Of a stretch of DNA of 64,000 bases, positions 23,844 to 36,906 are shown in pieces; positions within the stretch are counted from its first letter, which is position 1, and every line of letters starts with the position of its first letter. The notes beneath the pieces were generated by a model, which worked only from the letters and a program-made list of their open reading frames with translations, had not been told where the DNA came from and did no database searches. The translations under genes were made by a program, and so were the position numbers. The stretch covers positions 52,018,001 through 52,082,000 of the forward strand of contig OZ076421.1 of assembly GCA_964187785.1 (NCBI GenBank). The letters are read 5' to 3'. The DNA comes from Amphiscolops sp. MND2022 (lineage: Eukaryota).

Positions 23844-24806
23844 AAACGAAAAAATGTTTTAACCATGAAACTTGCGGTAAACAAGATGATGCTAGAGAAT
23901 TCACCTTTAAATGTTTTATCGGATGGAATCAAATAGAAAAATGCAATGAAGGTTGACCTAAATAACCAAATATCGAATAATGAACGGTTAATCATACATT
24001 TCATTTTATAAACTCCTGAAAAGATTTTTCCATGATGAATTAAATTAATGAAATTGATGACTCAACGAAAAGATCAATTAACAGTATGAAATCGACATAA
24101 TTTTATTCTGCCAGCAATTGAACTGTTCCTGAACTATTGCAAGAAAAGCAAGAAACTATTGGTGTTTGTTTTTTTTCAAAACTGATTTCTGTTTTCAGCT
24201 TTTCTCCTAAAAAATGACTATTTACCTTTTTTTACTTTTATATTTTCCAATTGTTCTGATTTTTTTCTTCATTTCTTCTTTGTTTCTGTTCGGTTTCCTG
24301 TTTTTTTTGTATTGTCTCTTTGTGTTTCTCAGTTTCTAGAGTTTTTCTTTTTTATTTTTTTATTTTCTGTTTTTTTTGTGCTTTTCGTTTTGTGTATTTC
24401 TGTTTTTTTGGTTTTTTGCTTTTCTTGTTTTTTCGTTTTTGGTTTTTTTGGATTTTCTGTTTGTGAGACTGCTACTCTGGAGACGTTTTGAAGCAAACGC
24501 AAAAAAATCTCCAGAGCAGCAGGCAATCCGGCAAGCAGGCTGATTCCTACCCAGTCCTCTTCCACGCCGCCAGGAACGAGTTCCACATTTCAGAACAAAG
24601 CGTGTTCATTTTATTGGAATGATTCTCCACCTTATTAGATTAACTGCACTTTTTTAAAATGAGCGTTTTTAAATTGAAAAGCGAACGAATTTTGAAGGGG
24701 TGGAATGGAAAGAAGACTGGGAAGGATGCTCAGTTTGAGCCCAAAGGGGCTTAAACTGACAATGTGTATGGTAATCAAAATTACAAAGATGCAATGCTCC
24801 CACAAA

Positions 24807-25444
24807 TTAATTGTTCTGGCCCAGAAACCTAATAATTTTGGCCACGGACAACTTCAATGAAATAGGAGTTTGATGCGCAGCATCATGTTGTTTGAATGAT
24901 GAATTACTCAGCTTGAGATCTCTTTCGGACTCTTTATTTGAGAAGCTTGTTCATCCTGATGTCCAGATTACTTTGAAACTCCAATGGTTGGTCTTCTTTT
25001 GATCTACTTGTATTCACAGCTAATTTAAAATTGTCTTCAGTCCTTCGCGTTAATACGAAGACGAAGTTTTGTTTGAATTCTCGTTGAAGGCTGTTGAAAT
25101 TGTTAAATACTTCTGCTTTCAATGGGGTATTTTTAGATGTCTCTTTGAGGAAAGGCGGTAATGTTAACGAGTTCGAAATAATGTCATGATAAATTAGATA
25201 TAATAATCATGATGGCATTAGGTCCCCATTCAACAGCTTCTTCAATGAGTCGCACAATTTTTTCCGGCTTTGGATGTCCCAGTTTCGCGCTTCCGCGAGC
25301 AAATATTTTGTAATGAATATCCTTGGGAACTGTTGGAGCATGCTCCAGAACCTGGCAATTGTTTAGACATGTGTAACGTTGCCAACACTGTCTCTTGAAG
25401 TGCACTAAATTGCTGGCACCGACTAGTGCAACGTTATAAACCAT
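24807..25444 (-). pseudogene. Divergent SGNH-fold hydrolase (GASN...DxxH type)
   Basis: VALVGASNL at the N-terminus, D.I.NS.T in the middle and FKQHDAAHQ near the C-terminus. Frameshifted. Confidence 0.65.
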
Positions 25445-27739
25445 GTTTCAACTGGAAAACAAGTACTGATTAAGTAGGCATTGGATGAAAGAATTCACGT
25501 CTGAGAGCATTGATTCTGAACCTACAACCTTCCAACCTTCAACCTTTCAAAAAACATGAATTACGAGAAAAAACATGTAATATTTATTGAATTAGTAATC
25601 GGAATTAGCTTTTCTTCTCTGTCTGGTGGTTCTATTACAAATGTTACTAATATACATAATATCAGCCCTCATCTGCCGAATCTTCTTTTCTTCTTCGTCT
25701 GGTCGATCTATTATAATTATTACTATTATTAATTTTAATAACCCTCATCTTCCGAATTTTTTCTTCTTCGTCTGGTGCTGCATTAGTTCATGTGCGTGCT
25801 AAAGCAGAACAAACACCCTTTCTGTCAAATACGTTTTAATGCTCAACTCCAATCAATGGTTGCATGCGGCACATCATGGTTTTAATGCTCAACATTTTTT
25901 GCATGCGGCCCTCAAATGCGATTGAAATTTTATAAAAAAAGTTATGGCCGTTTTTTGGTCGAAAAATTGAGCACTTGGTCGAAAAATTGCATCAAAATGT
26001 AAAGAAATTGGCTAATATCTCAAAATGCAGTACTTTTTGGGTATTGGCTGTGAAACTAGCTCGGAACAATCATTTCATGACTGTGGTAATGCACTGAACA
26101 CAAGTTTTTACAATTTTTGAAACTTCGACATTTTTGAAATTTTTTTCACTTCTATCAGAACCCCGTATGACAAAAACACCTCCGAAAAAAAATTTATTTG
26201 TTTCAAATTAGAAATCTTAGTGTCCATGGTTTCTGTTGGAAACTACTGGCTGCCAAACACTCTATAGTTTTCATCGAATGAGAAATTACATGTCTTTTCG
26301 AGGTCATTGGGGTTTCGCAAGGATTTCACAACTTAGTTGTAATTTACAAATTGGTCATTTTCAACAGAATATTTTCTTCGAGTCTTGTCGAATATAGCCC
26401 CAAAAACGAGCTTACTGGCAACGTAGGAACAATTTATAGTAATAAAAAGTTTTTGAAAATTATTTTCGCCCGGTCCTCGGTCAAATTTCAGACATTGGGA
26501 ACTTAACTTCGAAACATTTCAACCAAAAATTCCATTTTTTGTCAGGTCAAAATTTCAAATTCAGCTTTTGAAACAAAATTATTAACTCTGCCGTAACCAG
26601 TGGGGCCCATGATACTCGAAAACACGACTGGGACTGGTACCAGTGGCTCCAATATCCTTTGAGCCGCGATAAGGCGTTATTCAGAGCAAAATCTCTTATT
26701 CGAAGTAAACATCTCGGAAGCCTGGGATCCCAGGCTTCCCAGATCTTGAGTGATTTCGTCAAAAGTTTACTAGTTTTTGTCAAACACTATGTACCCAGAA
26801 TGCGTAGTGTGAGTTTCATCACTAAAACAAGGTGTCTGAAGAAATCGGCCTGCTAAAGGTGTTGTGTGAGACACTTATTTCTCATTTTTTGCTATATTTC
26901 CAAAAATTTTAGACCATTATCTCGAGAAGCTAATTTCGCAGAATACTTTGTTACTTTATTCAAACTTTAGAATATAGTTGAACCCTATGGTTGTTCAGAA
27001 GCCCTCAACTATTATGTTTTCCAAAAAATCCTTTCGCATGTGTTACACTTGTAGCAGAATAAAAAGCTGGAGTTAAAATTTACGCACTGTTACTACAATA
27101 GGATCGCAATGGTTGTACCTAAAAACTCTTTAAATACTTCTAACACCACCTTACGGACCCAAGATGATTCAAAATACCGTTAACAATGCTCACATCTGCT
27201 CTTTCTACAGTCCAGGCTGCACAGTTGTTGCATGTTTTACATGTAGCTGTTAACTGAATCTTGTGATAGCCTTTTAAGTTGGCCTTGTGTCAACTTGGGT
27301 AGGCTACCACCACAAAAATCTTTAAACAAAACTTTCAACAAAACTACCATTTGTTTATTGGATATTGTTGTCGATTCCTAACTTCGTGATTCGATCCTAT
27401 CGTTAGTACCTTCCATCAGGTCAGCAAACGATAGCATTCAGTGTTTGATAAGAACCTATGAACTCAAAGAAAATTTTCTATGTTTTTTTTGTCAGAAAGA
27501 AGTAAAATAAACAATCAAAATATATAATTCTAATCTTTAGGAACTATAATTCCCACTTTTTTACCGTTAGCAGCCCTCTACCCACGCCCGACGTCCTCGC
27601 GTGATAGTAGCACAACGCCACATAGCGTTCCGACGCCCACCGTCCGTGGGCATGTCGAGGCATGCCCTTCGATGACGTATGCCGAATAATTTTTTTCTGT
27701 GTTCCTGAGCGCGGGAGAGGCTAGGTCGATCAGTGATGA

Positions 27740-28900
27740 CACCATTCGCTGCTTTACCTGCAAACTTACCATACGTAACCTATTACCAAATATTACATTT
27801 TTTGCAGAAAAAGTAAACTCCAACACCTTGGAAAAAGGAAAAATTTATAGATAGTGAAGTTGTCAACGTCAGATTCAGCTACAGAGTAGTTATATAGCTC
27901 ATTTTTCTCGTCTATCCGAGTACTTTCCACATGCATTCACTTTCAATCTTAGTTGTGTGGAAGTTTCTAACCTTTGGGAGCCCTGAAGTTGAAAAAATGA
28001 TTTTTTTCAAAAACATTTCAGGACTTTTATCTTTTACCCGGCGAATGCTGGAACACTGAAACTGCTACAAAAGGGCCAAATAGTTTTTCCGGGAGGTAAA
28101 CCGGCCAGGGTGGGCCTTTAGTAGGGGATATGGAAAAAATGTGGGCAAAAAACGGCAGAGATAGACTGAGATTTCAAAATTTTTTCGAGAAATTGCGTCC
28201 AAATTTCGGCTAATACTCAGTCCATTTTACTCCGATCTGCACGAAAATTTGTCTACGGGAGCTCTCGAAGTCCCCAACAATATAAACGTTCACATGCGAA
28301 TCGCTCCGAGCACCTGGAAGCGAGATATGGGCTCTTGAAAAAAAATTCGAAAAAACGCCATTTTCGACCAAAAACCTAAGATTTTGACCATTATTCTGCA
28401 TTTTCACGGCAAAATGCCAGTGACGATTAATTCTTAGAATTGTTTTAGAAAGCCGTATGCAAATATTCAGGCAAATCGCGGGCCTAGTTTAGAAAATCGG
28501 GGTCTCGCCGTTAATTGGCCTTACGTTGAGTGTCGTAAGTATCCGACGTTTTGGCTCGGGCAAGAGGCCCTACCCTGTCGGGTGTTAGTCGAAAGGATAA
28601 TAAGTGGTTAATGATGTTCAAGAATGAGAAAGAGTCGTCGTTACATTAGTTTTCTCGATTTCAAAATTCGCCCACTTGGAACCTAGACGTGTACGGTTGA
28701 ACGGAGAGTCAAGAAGGCGGAAAAGTGCTAAAAAAATGAAAATAGTTACTTACGTGATTGACGAAGGAACCTCTTTTGTCGGGTGTTGGTTGAGAGGTTA
28801 ATTAATGGTTAATGATGTTCAAGAATGTGGAAGTGTTGTCGTTACATCGTGCTGAAATTCGAAATAAGCAAACTTGGAATCACGCTAATCGTCGATTCCA
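27740..28900 (-). repeat. Second copy of the non-coding spacer upstream of the transposase
   Basis: Colinear with 21330-22470 (AACTTACCA.ACGTAACC, GGGAGGTAAACCGGCCAGG, GAGATATGGGCTCTTG, GCCTTACGTTGAGTGTCG). Confidence 0.8.
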
Positions 28901-29212
28901 GCATTTATATATCTCCACCAATACTACAACGTTCGTAACTGATATGAACCTAAACACCGCTAGTGAATTTCAATTATTACTAATTTTTGAAAATTGCCCG
29001 ACGCCAAGTCCAAAAAATTCCTTACGTCAGAAAACTTGCAATTGTTCTCATTTGCTTAATTTTTCTTTGATTTGATTCTTTTTAACTTTAAGAAACGAAA
29101 TACAAACAAAATGCTGAAGTTGCAGAGAGTGACTGACGGCTCTAAGGGCGACAAGCTATTCAACTGCAACAGCCCGGATGCGAGTTTAATAGTTTTTAGC
29201 AATCTTTCTCTT

Positions 29213-29830
29213 TTAATTTGCACTGGTGACTGGTGCAGCAACAGTCGTGCTTGCTGAAACTCCTTCAGATGCATCACCGCCATTAAATAGTTTCGCTAGC
29301 TGGTCATTCGTTAACCGTTTCGCGGGCTCAAGGGAACAAACATGTAGCTTTTGATGCTCCAATGCCACACCGTCATCATCAAAGGCTGGCTTGAACCAGC
29401 CAATGATTTTGAAGCCTTGGTTTTTATTGATGTCAGCCACCAGCGCTTCCACCGAAGTGTCTAGTTCGAAGCGATCAATATCATCGCTGTCAGCCTTCAT
29501 AGCTCGACAAGTTTGAGTGAGGAAACTGTCGGATACTCTGTTTGAATACAATTTGATTTTCGTGGCAGGAGTAAGCCACTAGCAACGCCCAAGTTTTCAC
29601 TTGGGAGGCCTCCAAGCATGGACAGGGAGAATGGTATGTCTGTCCATCGCACACGCTCCCCGGACAGATTTGCTCACAGATGATAGCCGACTCTATTGAC
29701 AGACTTTTCGTTTCAAAGGAAAAATAGTGGTACCGATGCTGGTACCAAATTGCTGATAGTGGTACCAAATTGCTCGAACGTTGCTGCATCGACTGATTGG
29801 AATTCTGGAAGCAAAGAAGAACTACTCAAT
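29213..29830 (-). pseudogene. OB/Zn-like protein C-terminal fragment
   Basis: ICEQICPGSVCDGQTYHSPCPCLE...DRFEL...GFKIIGWFKPA. Confidence 0.75.
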
Positions 29831-29959
29831 TTAAGGTCGAAGTATCTGACTCGTTCTTTGAGTAGTTTGTTCGTTCGAATTTCAAGATTACTTATGAAAT
29901 CCAATGGATCGTCTCCTTTTGCTCTACTTGTTGTTGCACTCTTCTTTCCTTCCCCGGGT

Positions 29960-30345
29960 TAACACGAAAACGATTTCGCGTTTGTATTCTCTTTGAAGGC
30001 TGGTGAATTGATTCACTACCTTTTCCGGTTTTAATGGAGCATTTTTTGATGTTACTTTAACGAAAGGTGGTAAAGTCAGAGAGTTTGAAATGATGTCATG
30101 ATGTATGACGATGACAGTCGGTTCCCATTCTATAGCTTCTTTAATTAAAGCTGCAGAATTTTTTCTGGGTTAGGATGTCCAAGCTTCACGCCTCCGCGAG
30201 GAAAAATCTTGTATTCGACGTCAATAGGAATTGTTGGAGCATGTTGCTGAACCTTTCAACTGTTGGGACAGATGCACATTTGCCAACTTTGCCTGTTAAA
30301 GCTAACTAAGCTGCTGGCACCGACTAGCGCAACTTTGTATACCAT
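29960..30345 (-). pseudogene. SGNH-like gene fragment
   Basis: MVYKVALVGASSL...YKIFPRGGVKLGHPNPEK, close to the 25444 copy. Multiple lesions. Confidence 0.65.
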
Positions 30346-30839
30346 ATTTCAGCTGGAAAACAAGTACTGATTAAGTGGGCATTGAACGGAAGACTTCGCT
30401 TCAGAGATCATTGATTGTGAATCTACAACCTTTCAACCTACAACCTTTTACCTTCAACCTTTCAAGAAACATGAATTATGAAAAAGATGTATTATTTATT
30501 GATTTAGTAATCGGAATTTGCTTTTCTTCTCGGTGTGGTCGTTCTATTATAGATATTACTTTTGTAAATATTATTTAACCTCATCTTCCGTTTCTTCTTA
30601 TCTTCTTCGTCTAGTCGTTTTATTATAAATAATAATATTATAAATATTATTTAACCTCAACTTCCGAATCTTCTTTTCTTTTTCGTCTGGTCGTTCCATT
30701 ATACATATTACTATTAAAAATATTATTTTGTCTCATCTTCCGAATCTTTTTTCCTTCTTCGTCTGGTCGTTCTATTTTAAATAATACTATTATAAATGTT
30801 TTGTACCATCTTCACAATCTGTTCTTTTTCGTCTGGTGC

Positions 30840-33800
30840 TGCATTAGTTCATGTGCGTGCTGAAACAGAACAAACACCCTTTCTGCCAAATACTGAATAG
30901 TTTCTGCCAAATAGTTTTAATGCTGAACTTCACTTTACCTGAATCTCACTATTGTAGGAAAACCATGGTTAGGTTTTAGAATAAAGTCAATTAAAGTCAG
31001 TCTTGAAGTTTTAGTCAAAAAGTTTGAAGTTTTCAAAAGTCTGTTTTGGGATGTCTCATTTTAGTTGACAAGTCGCGTTTTTGGATTTTTCATCTGATCT
31101 ATTGTTTAAGAATTGTGCATCAACATGGAAGATTATGTAAAAATATATTTTGGTTTGAGATTTGAAATCAAGTGTCTTCAGCTTTTTAGTACCCTAGTGA
31201 ATGATGCATTTTGATCTGTAGCTTAGCTGAACATGTCTGTATCTTCAGAAAAACGTCAGACTCTTTGTATGTTTTTTAGATTGGAAATCCATTGAAAGAT
31301 GCTAAAAATTGTGATTCACTAGTTGTTCAGCTGTAGTGAATAATGTCACTTGATGTGTGAATAAAAAGTTGAGAGGGATATAATATCCTAAATGATGTGC
31401 TGAAAATGGAACGTGAGGGGTACGCTTGCGTTTTTCAGAATGGACGAAAACTTTCAGCAGACAAACTTTAACATTGCATGCTTTCGATCAAAATTCAGTT
31501 AGAAACAAGACTGGAACGTCTCAAAGCGGCACCCTTTGCTGATACAATTTTGTGATAATAAAAGTCGGAGGATTTCGTTTACATAGTTTTAAACATGCAT
31601 TTGACCGATTTCCGGGAAATCCGCGGATATGATTTGCGTGTATTTGAGCCTTCTGGAATTGCGAAACTTTCAGTGAATGACATTGGTAGGGTAATGCCTC
31701 AAAAAAGCGCAAGGTTTTTGAATCATGCTCGTGAGAAGGTTTCATGCGAAAATTCTGGAAATTTTTACTGTGTCACTCCTGTAGCACTATCTTCCTTGAA
31801 GACCACTGTTCGACACTGATCAAGCTCAATTCTTCCACGAACAGCACTTCCAGGGCCAGGAGGAGAATCTTTTTTCATTCCTGTGATCGAGTTCAGTCAA
31901 CGCTTGTTCAGCCATCTCTATCGAGCCGCAAGATGAGGGAGCGAGCAGAACAACTTTTGATTGTGCTAACCGATAAAATGCATTGACCTCCTAGAAGCTA
32001 AACTTGTTATCCGACAAAACACTTTTGAAATTTGCATAACTCTAAAGCCATTGTCAATAGTAAGTCTTACATGAATCCGGGGACCTAAAATTAAATGATG
32101 TCTTCTAAACGTGTGATCAGAAAACAAATTCTCACAAATTAGTTTTTATTATTTCTAGAAAAATGACTGAGGATTAGTTCTTTGAATAGCTTAAGGAAGT
32201 CTTATGCCAACTTTCAGCCGAAGCGCGGGGCTCGTTCAGAAGATCGAGAGGAGACTGCGCGAAAGGCCTTATGTTGTTTTTTTTCCTAATCTTCCGATTC
32301 TTCTTCTTCTGATGGTTCTATTATAAATATTACTATTGTAATTATTATTTAACATCTTCCGATTCTTCTTCTTCGTCTGGTCGTTCTATTATAGATAATA
32401 TTATAAATATTATTTAACCTCATCTTCCGAAGCTTATAATTTTCGTCTGGTGCTGCATTAGTTCATGTGCGTGCAAAAACAGAACAAACACCCTTTCTGC
32501 CAAATACGTTCTAATGCTCAACTCTACTCAACCTGAATCTCACTATAGTAGGAAAAACGATGGTTAGGTCTTAGAATGTCTCATTTTAGTTGACAAGTCG
32601 CGTTTTGGGATTTTTCATCTGATCTTTTGTTTAGGAATAGTGCATCAACATGGAAGCTTATGTAAAAATTTATTTTGATTTGAGATTTGAAATCCAGTGT
32701 CTAGCTTTTTAGTACCCTAGTGTATGATGCATTTCGATCTGTAGCTTAGCTGAACTTGTCTGTATCTTCAGAATGACGTCAGACTATTTGAATTTTATTT
32801 AGATTGGAAACCCATTGAAAGTTGCTAGCAATTGTGATTCACTAGTTGTTCAACTGTAGTGAATAAGGTCACTTGATGTGTGAATAAAAAGCTGAGAGGT
32901 ATATAATATCCGAAATGACGTGCTGAAAATCGAACGTGAGGGGTACGCTTGCGTTTTTCAGAATGGACGAAAATTTTCAGCAGACAAACTTTAACATTGC
33001 ATGATTTCGATCAAAATTCAGTTAGAAACAAGACTGGAACGCCTCAAAGCGGCACTCTTTGCTGATACCATTTTGTGATAAAAGTCGGAGGATTTCGCTT
33101 ACATAGTTCTAAACATGCATTTGACCGATTTGCTGGAATTCCGCGGATATGATTTGCATGTGTTTGAGCCTTCTGGAATTGCGAAAATTTTAGTGAATGA
33201 CATTGGTAGGGTAATGCCTCAAAAAAGCGCAATGTCTTTGAATCATGCTCGTGAGAGGGTTTCATGCGAAAATTCTGGAAATTTTTACTGTGTCACTCCT
33301 GTAGCACTATCTTCCTTGAAGACCACTGTTCGACACTGATCAAGCTCAATTCTTCCACGAACAGCACTTCCAGGGCCAGGAGGAGCGTCTTTTTTCATTC
33401 CTGTGATCGAGTTCAGTCAACGCTTGTTCAGCCATCTCTATCGAGCCGCAAGATAAGGGAGTGAGCAGAACAACTTTTGATTGTGCTAACCGACAAAATG
33501 CATTGACCTAGAAGCTAAACTTGTTATCAGACAAAACACCTTTCAAAATTGCATAACTCTAAAACCATTGCCAATAGTAAGTCTTAGATGAATCCGGGGA
33601 CCTAAAATCAAATGATGTCTTCTGAACGTGTTTTCAGAAAACAATTTTTCACAAATTAGTTTTTATTATTTCTAGAAAAATATCAGTGAGGATTAGTTCT
33701 TTGAATTGCTTGAAGTCTTTTGCCAACTTTCAGCCAAAGCGCGGGGCTCGTTCAGAAGATCGAGAGGAGACTGCGCGAAAGGCTTTATGTTGTTTTTTTC

Positions 33801-35400
33801 CTAATCTTCCGATTCTTCTTCTTCGGATGGTTTTTTTATAAATATTACTAATGTAATATTATTTAACCTCATCTTCCGATTCTTCTTTTCTTCTTCGTAT
33901 GGTCGTTCTGTTATAAATAATGATATTATAAATATTATTTAACCTCATCTTCCGAATCTTATAATTTTCGTCTGGTGCTGCATTAGTTCATGTGCGTGCT
34001 AAAACAGAACAAACACCCTTTCTGCCAAATACGTTTTAACGCTCAACTCCACTCAACCTGAATCTCACTATAGTAGGAAAAACGATGGTTAGGTCTTAGA
34101 ATGTTTCATTTTAGTTGACAAGTCGCGTTTTGGGATTTTTCATCTGATCTTTTGTTTAGGAATAGTGCATCAACATGGAAGATTATGTAAAAATTTATTT
34201 TGATTTGAGATTTGAAATCCAGTGTCTTTAGCTTTTTAGTACCCTAGTGTATGATGCATTTCGATCTGTAGCTTAGCTGAACTTGTCTGTTTCTTCAGAA
34301 CAACGTCAGACTCTTTGAATTTTATTTAGATTGGAAACCCATTGAAAGTTGCTAAAAATTGTGATTCACTAGTTGTTCAACTGTAGTGAATAAGGTCACT
34401 TGATGTGTGAATAAAAAGTTGAGAGGTATATAATATCCTAAATGACGTGCTGAAAATGGAACATGAGGGGTACGATTGCGTTTTTCAGAATGGACGAAAA
34501 CTTTCAGCAGACAAATTTTAACATTACATGATTTCGATCAAAATTCAGTTAGAAATAAGACTGGAACGTCTCAAAGCGTCATACCCTTTGCTGATACCAT
34601 TTTGTGATAATAAAAGTCGGAGGATTTCCCTTACATAGTTCTAAACATGCATTTGACCGATTCCCGGGAAATCCGCGGATATGATTTGCATGTATTTGAG
34701 CCTTCTGGATTTGCGAAACTTTTAGTGAATGACATTGGTAGGGTAATGCCTCAAAAAAGCGCAATGTCTTTGAATCATGCTCGTGAGAGGGTTTCATGCG
34801 AATATTCTGGAAATTCTTACTGTGTCACTCCTGTAGCGCTATCTTCCTTGAAGACCACTGTTCGACACTGATCAAGCTCAATTCTTCCACGAACAGCACT
34901 TTCAGGGCCAGGAGGAGCGTCTTTTTTCATTCCTGTGATCGAGTTTAGTCAACGCTTGTTCAGCCATCTCTATCGAGCCGCAAGATGAGGGAGCGAGCAG
35001 AACAACTTTTGATTGTGCTAACCGACGAAATGCATTGACCTAGAAGCTAAACTTGTTATCAGACAAAACACCTTTCAAAATTGCATAACTCTAAAGCCAT
35101 TGTGAATAGTAAGTCTCACCTGAACCCGGGACCTAAAATCAATTGATTTCTTCTAAACGTGTGGTCAGAAAACAAATTCTCACAAATTAGTTCTTTCATT
35201 ATTTCTAGAAAAATGTCAGTGAGGATTAGTTCTTTGAATAGTTTGAGGAAGTCTTATGCCAACTTTCAGCCAAAGCGCGGGGCTCGTTCAGAAGAGCGAG
35301 AGGAGACTGCGCGAAAGGCCTTATGTTTTTTTTCTTATCTCGAGCAGGGCCCTACATCGCCCTCCAAGTTTTAGCGGACAGAAATGGAGCAATCACCTAG
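30840..35400 (-). repeat. Three tandem mosaic units of about 1.53 kb (helicase fragment + spacer + SGNH-upstream region)
   Basis: The landmark GACCACTGTTCGACACTGATCAAGC lies at 31801, about 33320 and about 34853. Each unit has the FVEELSLIS helicase segment and about 76-bp subrepeats. Confidence 0.9.
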
Positions 35401-35913
35401 ACGTGCACGGTTGAACGGAGAGAGTCAAGAAGGCAGGAAAGTATTTCAAATGAAGTAAAAAAACAGTTACTTACGTGATTGGAGAGGGATCGTCTTCAGT
35501 CAGGTGTTGGTTGATAGGTTAATTAGTGGTTAATGATGTTCAAGAATGCGGTAGTGTTGTCGTGACATAAATGTTCGCACATATTCCAATTGAGTTTTAG
35601 AATTTACTTTAGTTTTTTTACATTCTCCTAAAATCCTACTTTGATTTCATGTCTACCTATTAACTGCTCACTCAGTGGCTTATTTGAAAAGAACAGTACC
35701 AGGTAGAAAAAATGCAATTAGTTCATATCTACCTTTCCAAATTTCCTTTTACCTGTGGATTTCGTTGTCAATAAAAACAGAAATTACCGATAATATGAGA
35801 TCAAGAACAAGAGTATTTTGAGTTTAAATTGTGGTGAATAGCCGAGGTCTCACAAGGACCACACACTATTCACCACAACAGCGCTGAATGTAGCTAGTAT
35901 TCACTGCATCACA

Positions 35914-36906
35914 TCAAGTTGATGTTCCGTTGTAACGTAGTGCTAGCTGTGTGTCGGAGAGGGCAGTTGCTGGCGCGATGTTGCAAATATGGAACTTCTT
36001 GTTCTCAACAGCAACCCCCTCCTCATCGATTGCTGGCTTAAACCACCCTTGGATTGTGAAACCTGCTGACCCGTTCACGCTTTCAATCAATTTTTCGACA
36101 GCGGCGTCTAACTCGAACCTATCGAGTTTTTCATTGTCACCCTTAAGGCAACGGGCTGTCGGGGTGACAAAGAAATTGGTGAGGGCGTTTGACGTCACTC
36201 TGAAAACATCCCCGGCATTGTTTATTTCGGTGGTTAATTCGGGACAAGTGAAGGCAAGGGAGATAACCCAAGTTTTGTCCTGGTTCGTTTCTAGGCACGG
36301 GCATGGATCGTGATAAGTCTGCCCGTCACAAAGCGTAGACGGACAGACATTCTCAGCCACCAAAGCGGAGTCTAGCTTGAGGCCTTTGGTAGTGAAGAGG
36401 AAACCGCAGTAATTGCTGTTCTTCACGTCGAAAGGCGGCGGAACGGGAATTTTAGTCGGCCTGGCAATCGGTACTAGGGGCTCATTTGTTTTGAGCAGCA
36501 TCGTTTGCCCACGTGACAAATGCCCAATCAACTCGGGCTTCAGTTAATTGAGCTGTGTGCCCGGACCAAAGTACGCGGCATATCTTAACATTTTTCGTGA
36601 TTCCTCTGAGTTCTCAGGAAATACGGCATAGCAGCATGAAGAACCTGCTGCGTTCAGAAGGAAGAATCGATGATACTTGTCAACCTCCAATTTCCTGGAG
36701 GCCTACCCATAGTTCTTTGTTGTTTTGGAATAACCCATCTTCTTGGCGGGCTGAGATGCATACAAAAAGGTGACTGACAGTTTGAAGAGTCTCGGAAGGT
36801 TGTCCTGACCTTCAAACTTTGATGGATCAATTGTGGTAAACTTCGTGGCTTTCAATTGCGCACTGGCCAAATTCAATTTAGCTTCAAGGAAGCTCGGCAT
36901 ATTCAC
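35914..36906 (-). pseudogene. OB/Zn-ribbon-like accessory protein (330 codons, two in-frame stops)
   Basis: ORFs 36703..36906 and 35914..36531 are in one frame. This is the best reconstructable copy of the family. Confidence 0.8.

Larger units (their letters stand above)
10910..25850 (-). mobile_element. Most complete unit of the Helitron/Helentron-like family (about 12.7 kb plus nested LINE); termini not defined
   Basis: The landmark AATGCTCAACTCC recurs at 10910 and 25838, bracketing the SGNH, OB-like and RepHel-GIY genes. The same order recurs in deleted form at 27.6-31, 31-39, 39-43 and 43-48.7 kb. Confidence 0.65.

Noticed and set aside
26560-27500. Decayed DDE transposase (FSDETH and CxxC strings on the minus strand)
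   Set aside because: There are many stops and no further catalytic motifs or TIRs; the evidence is too thin.
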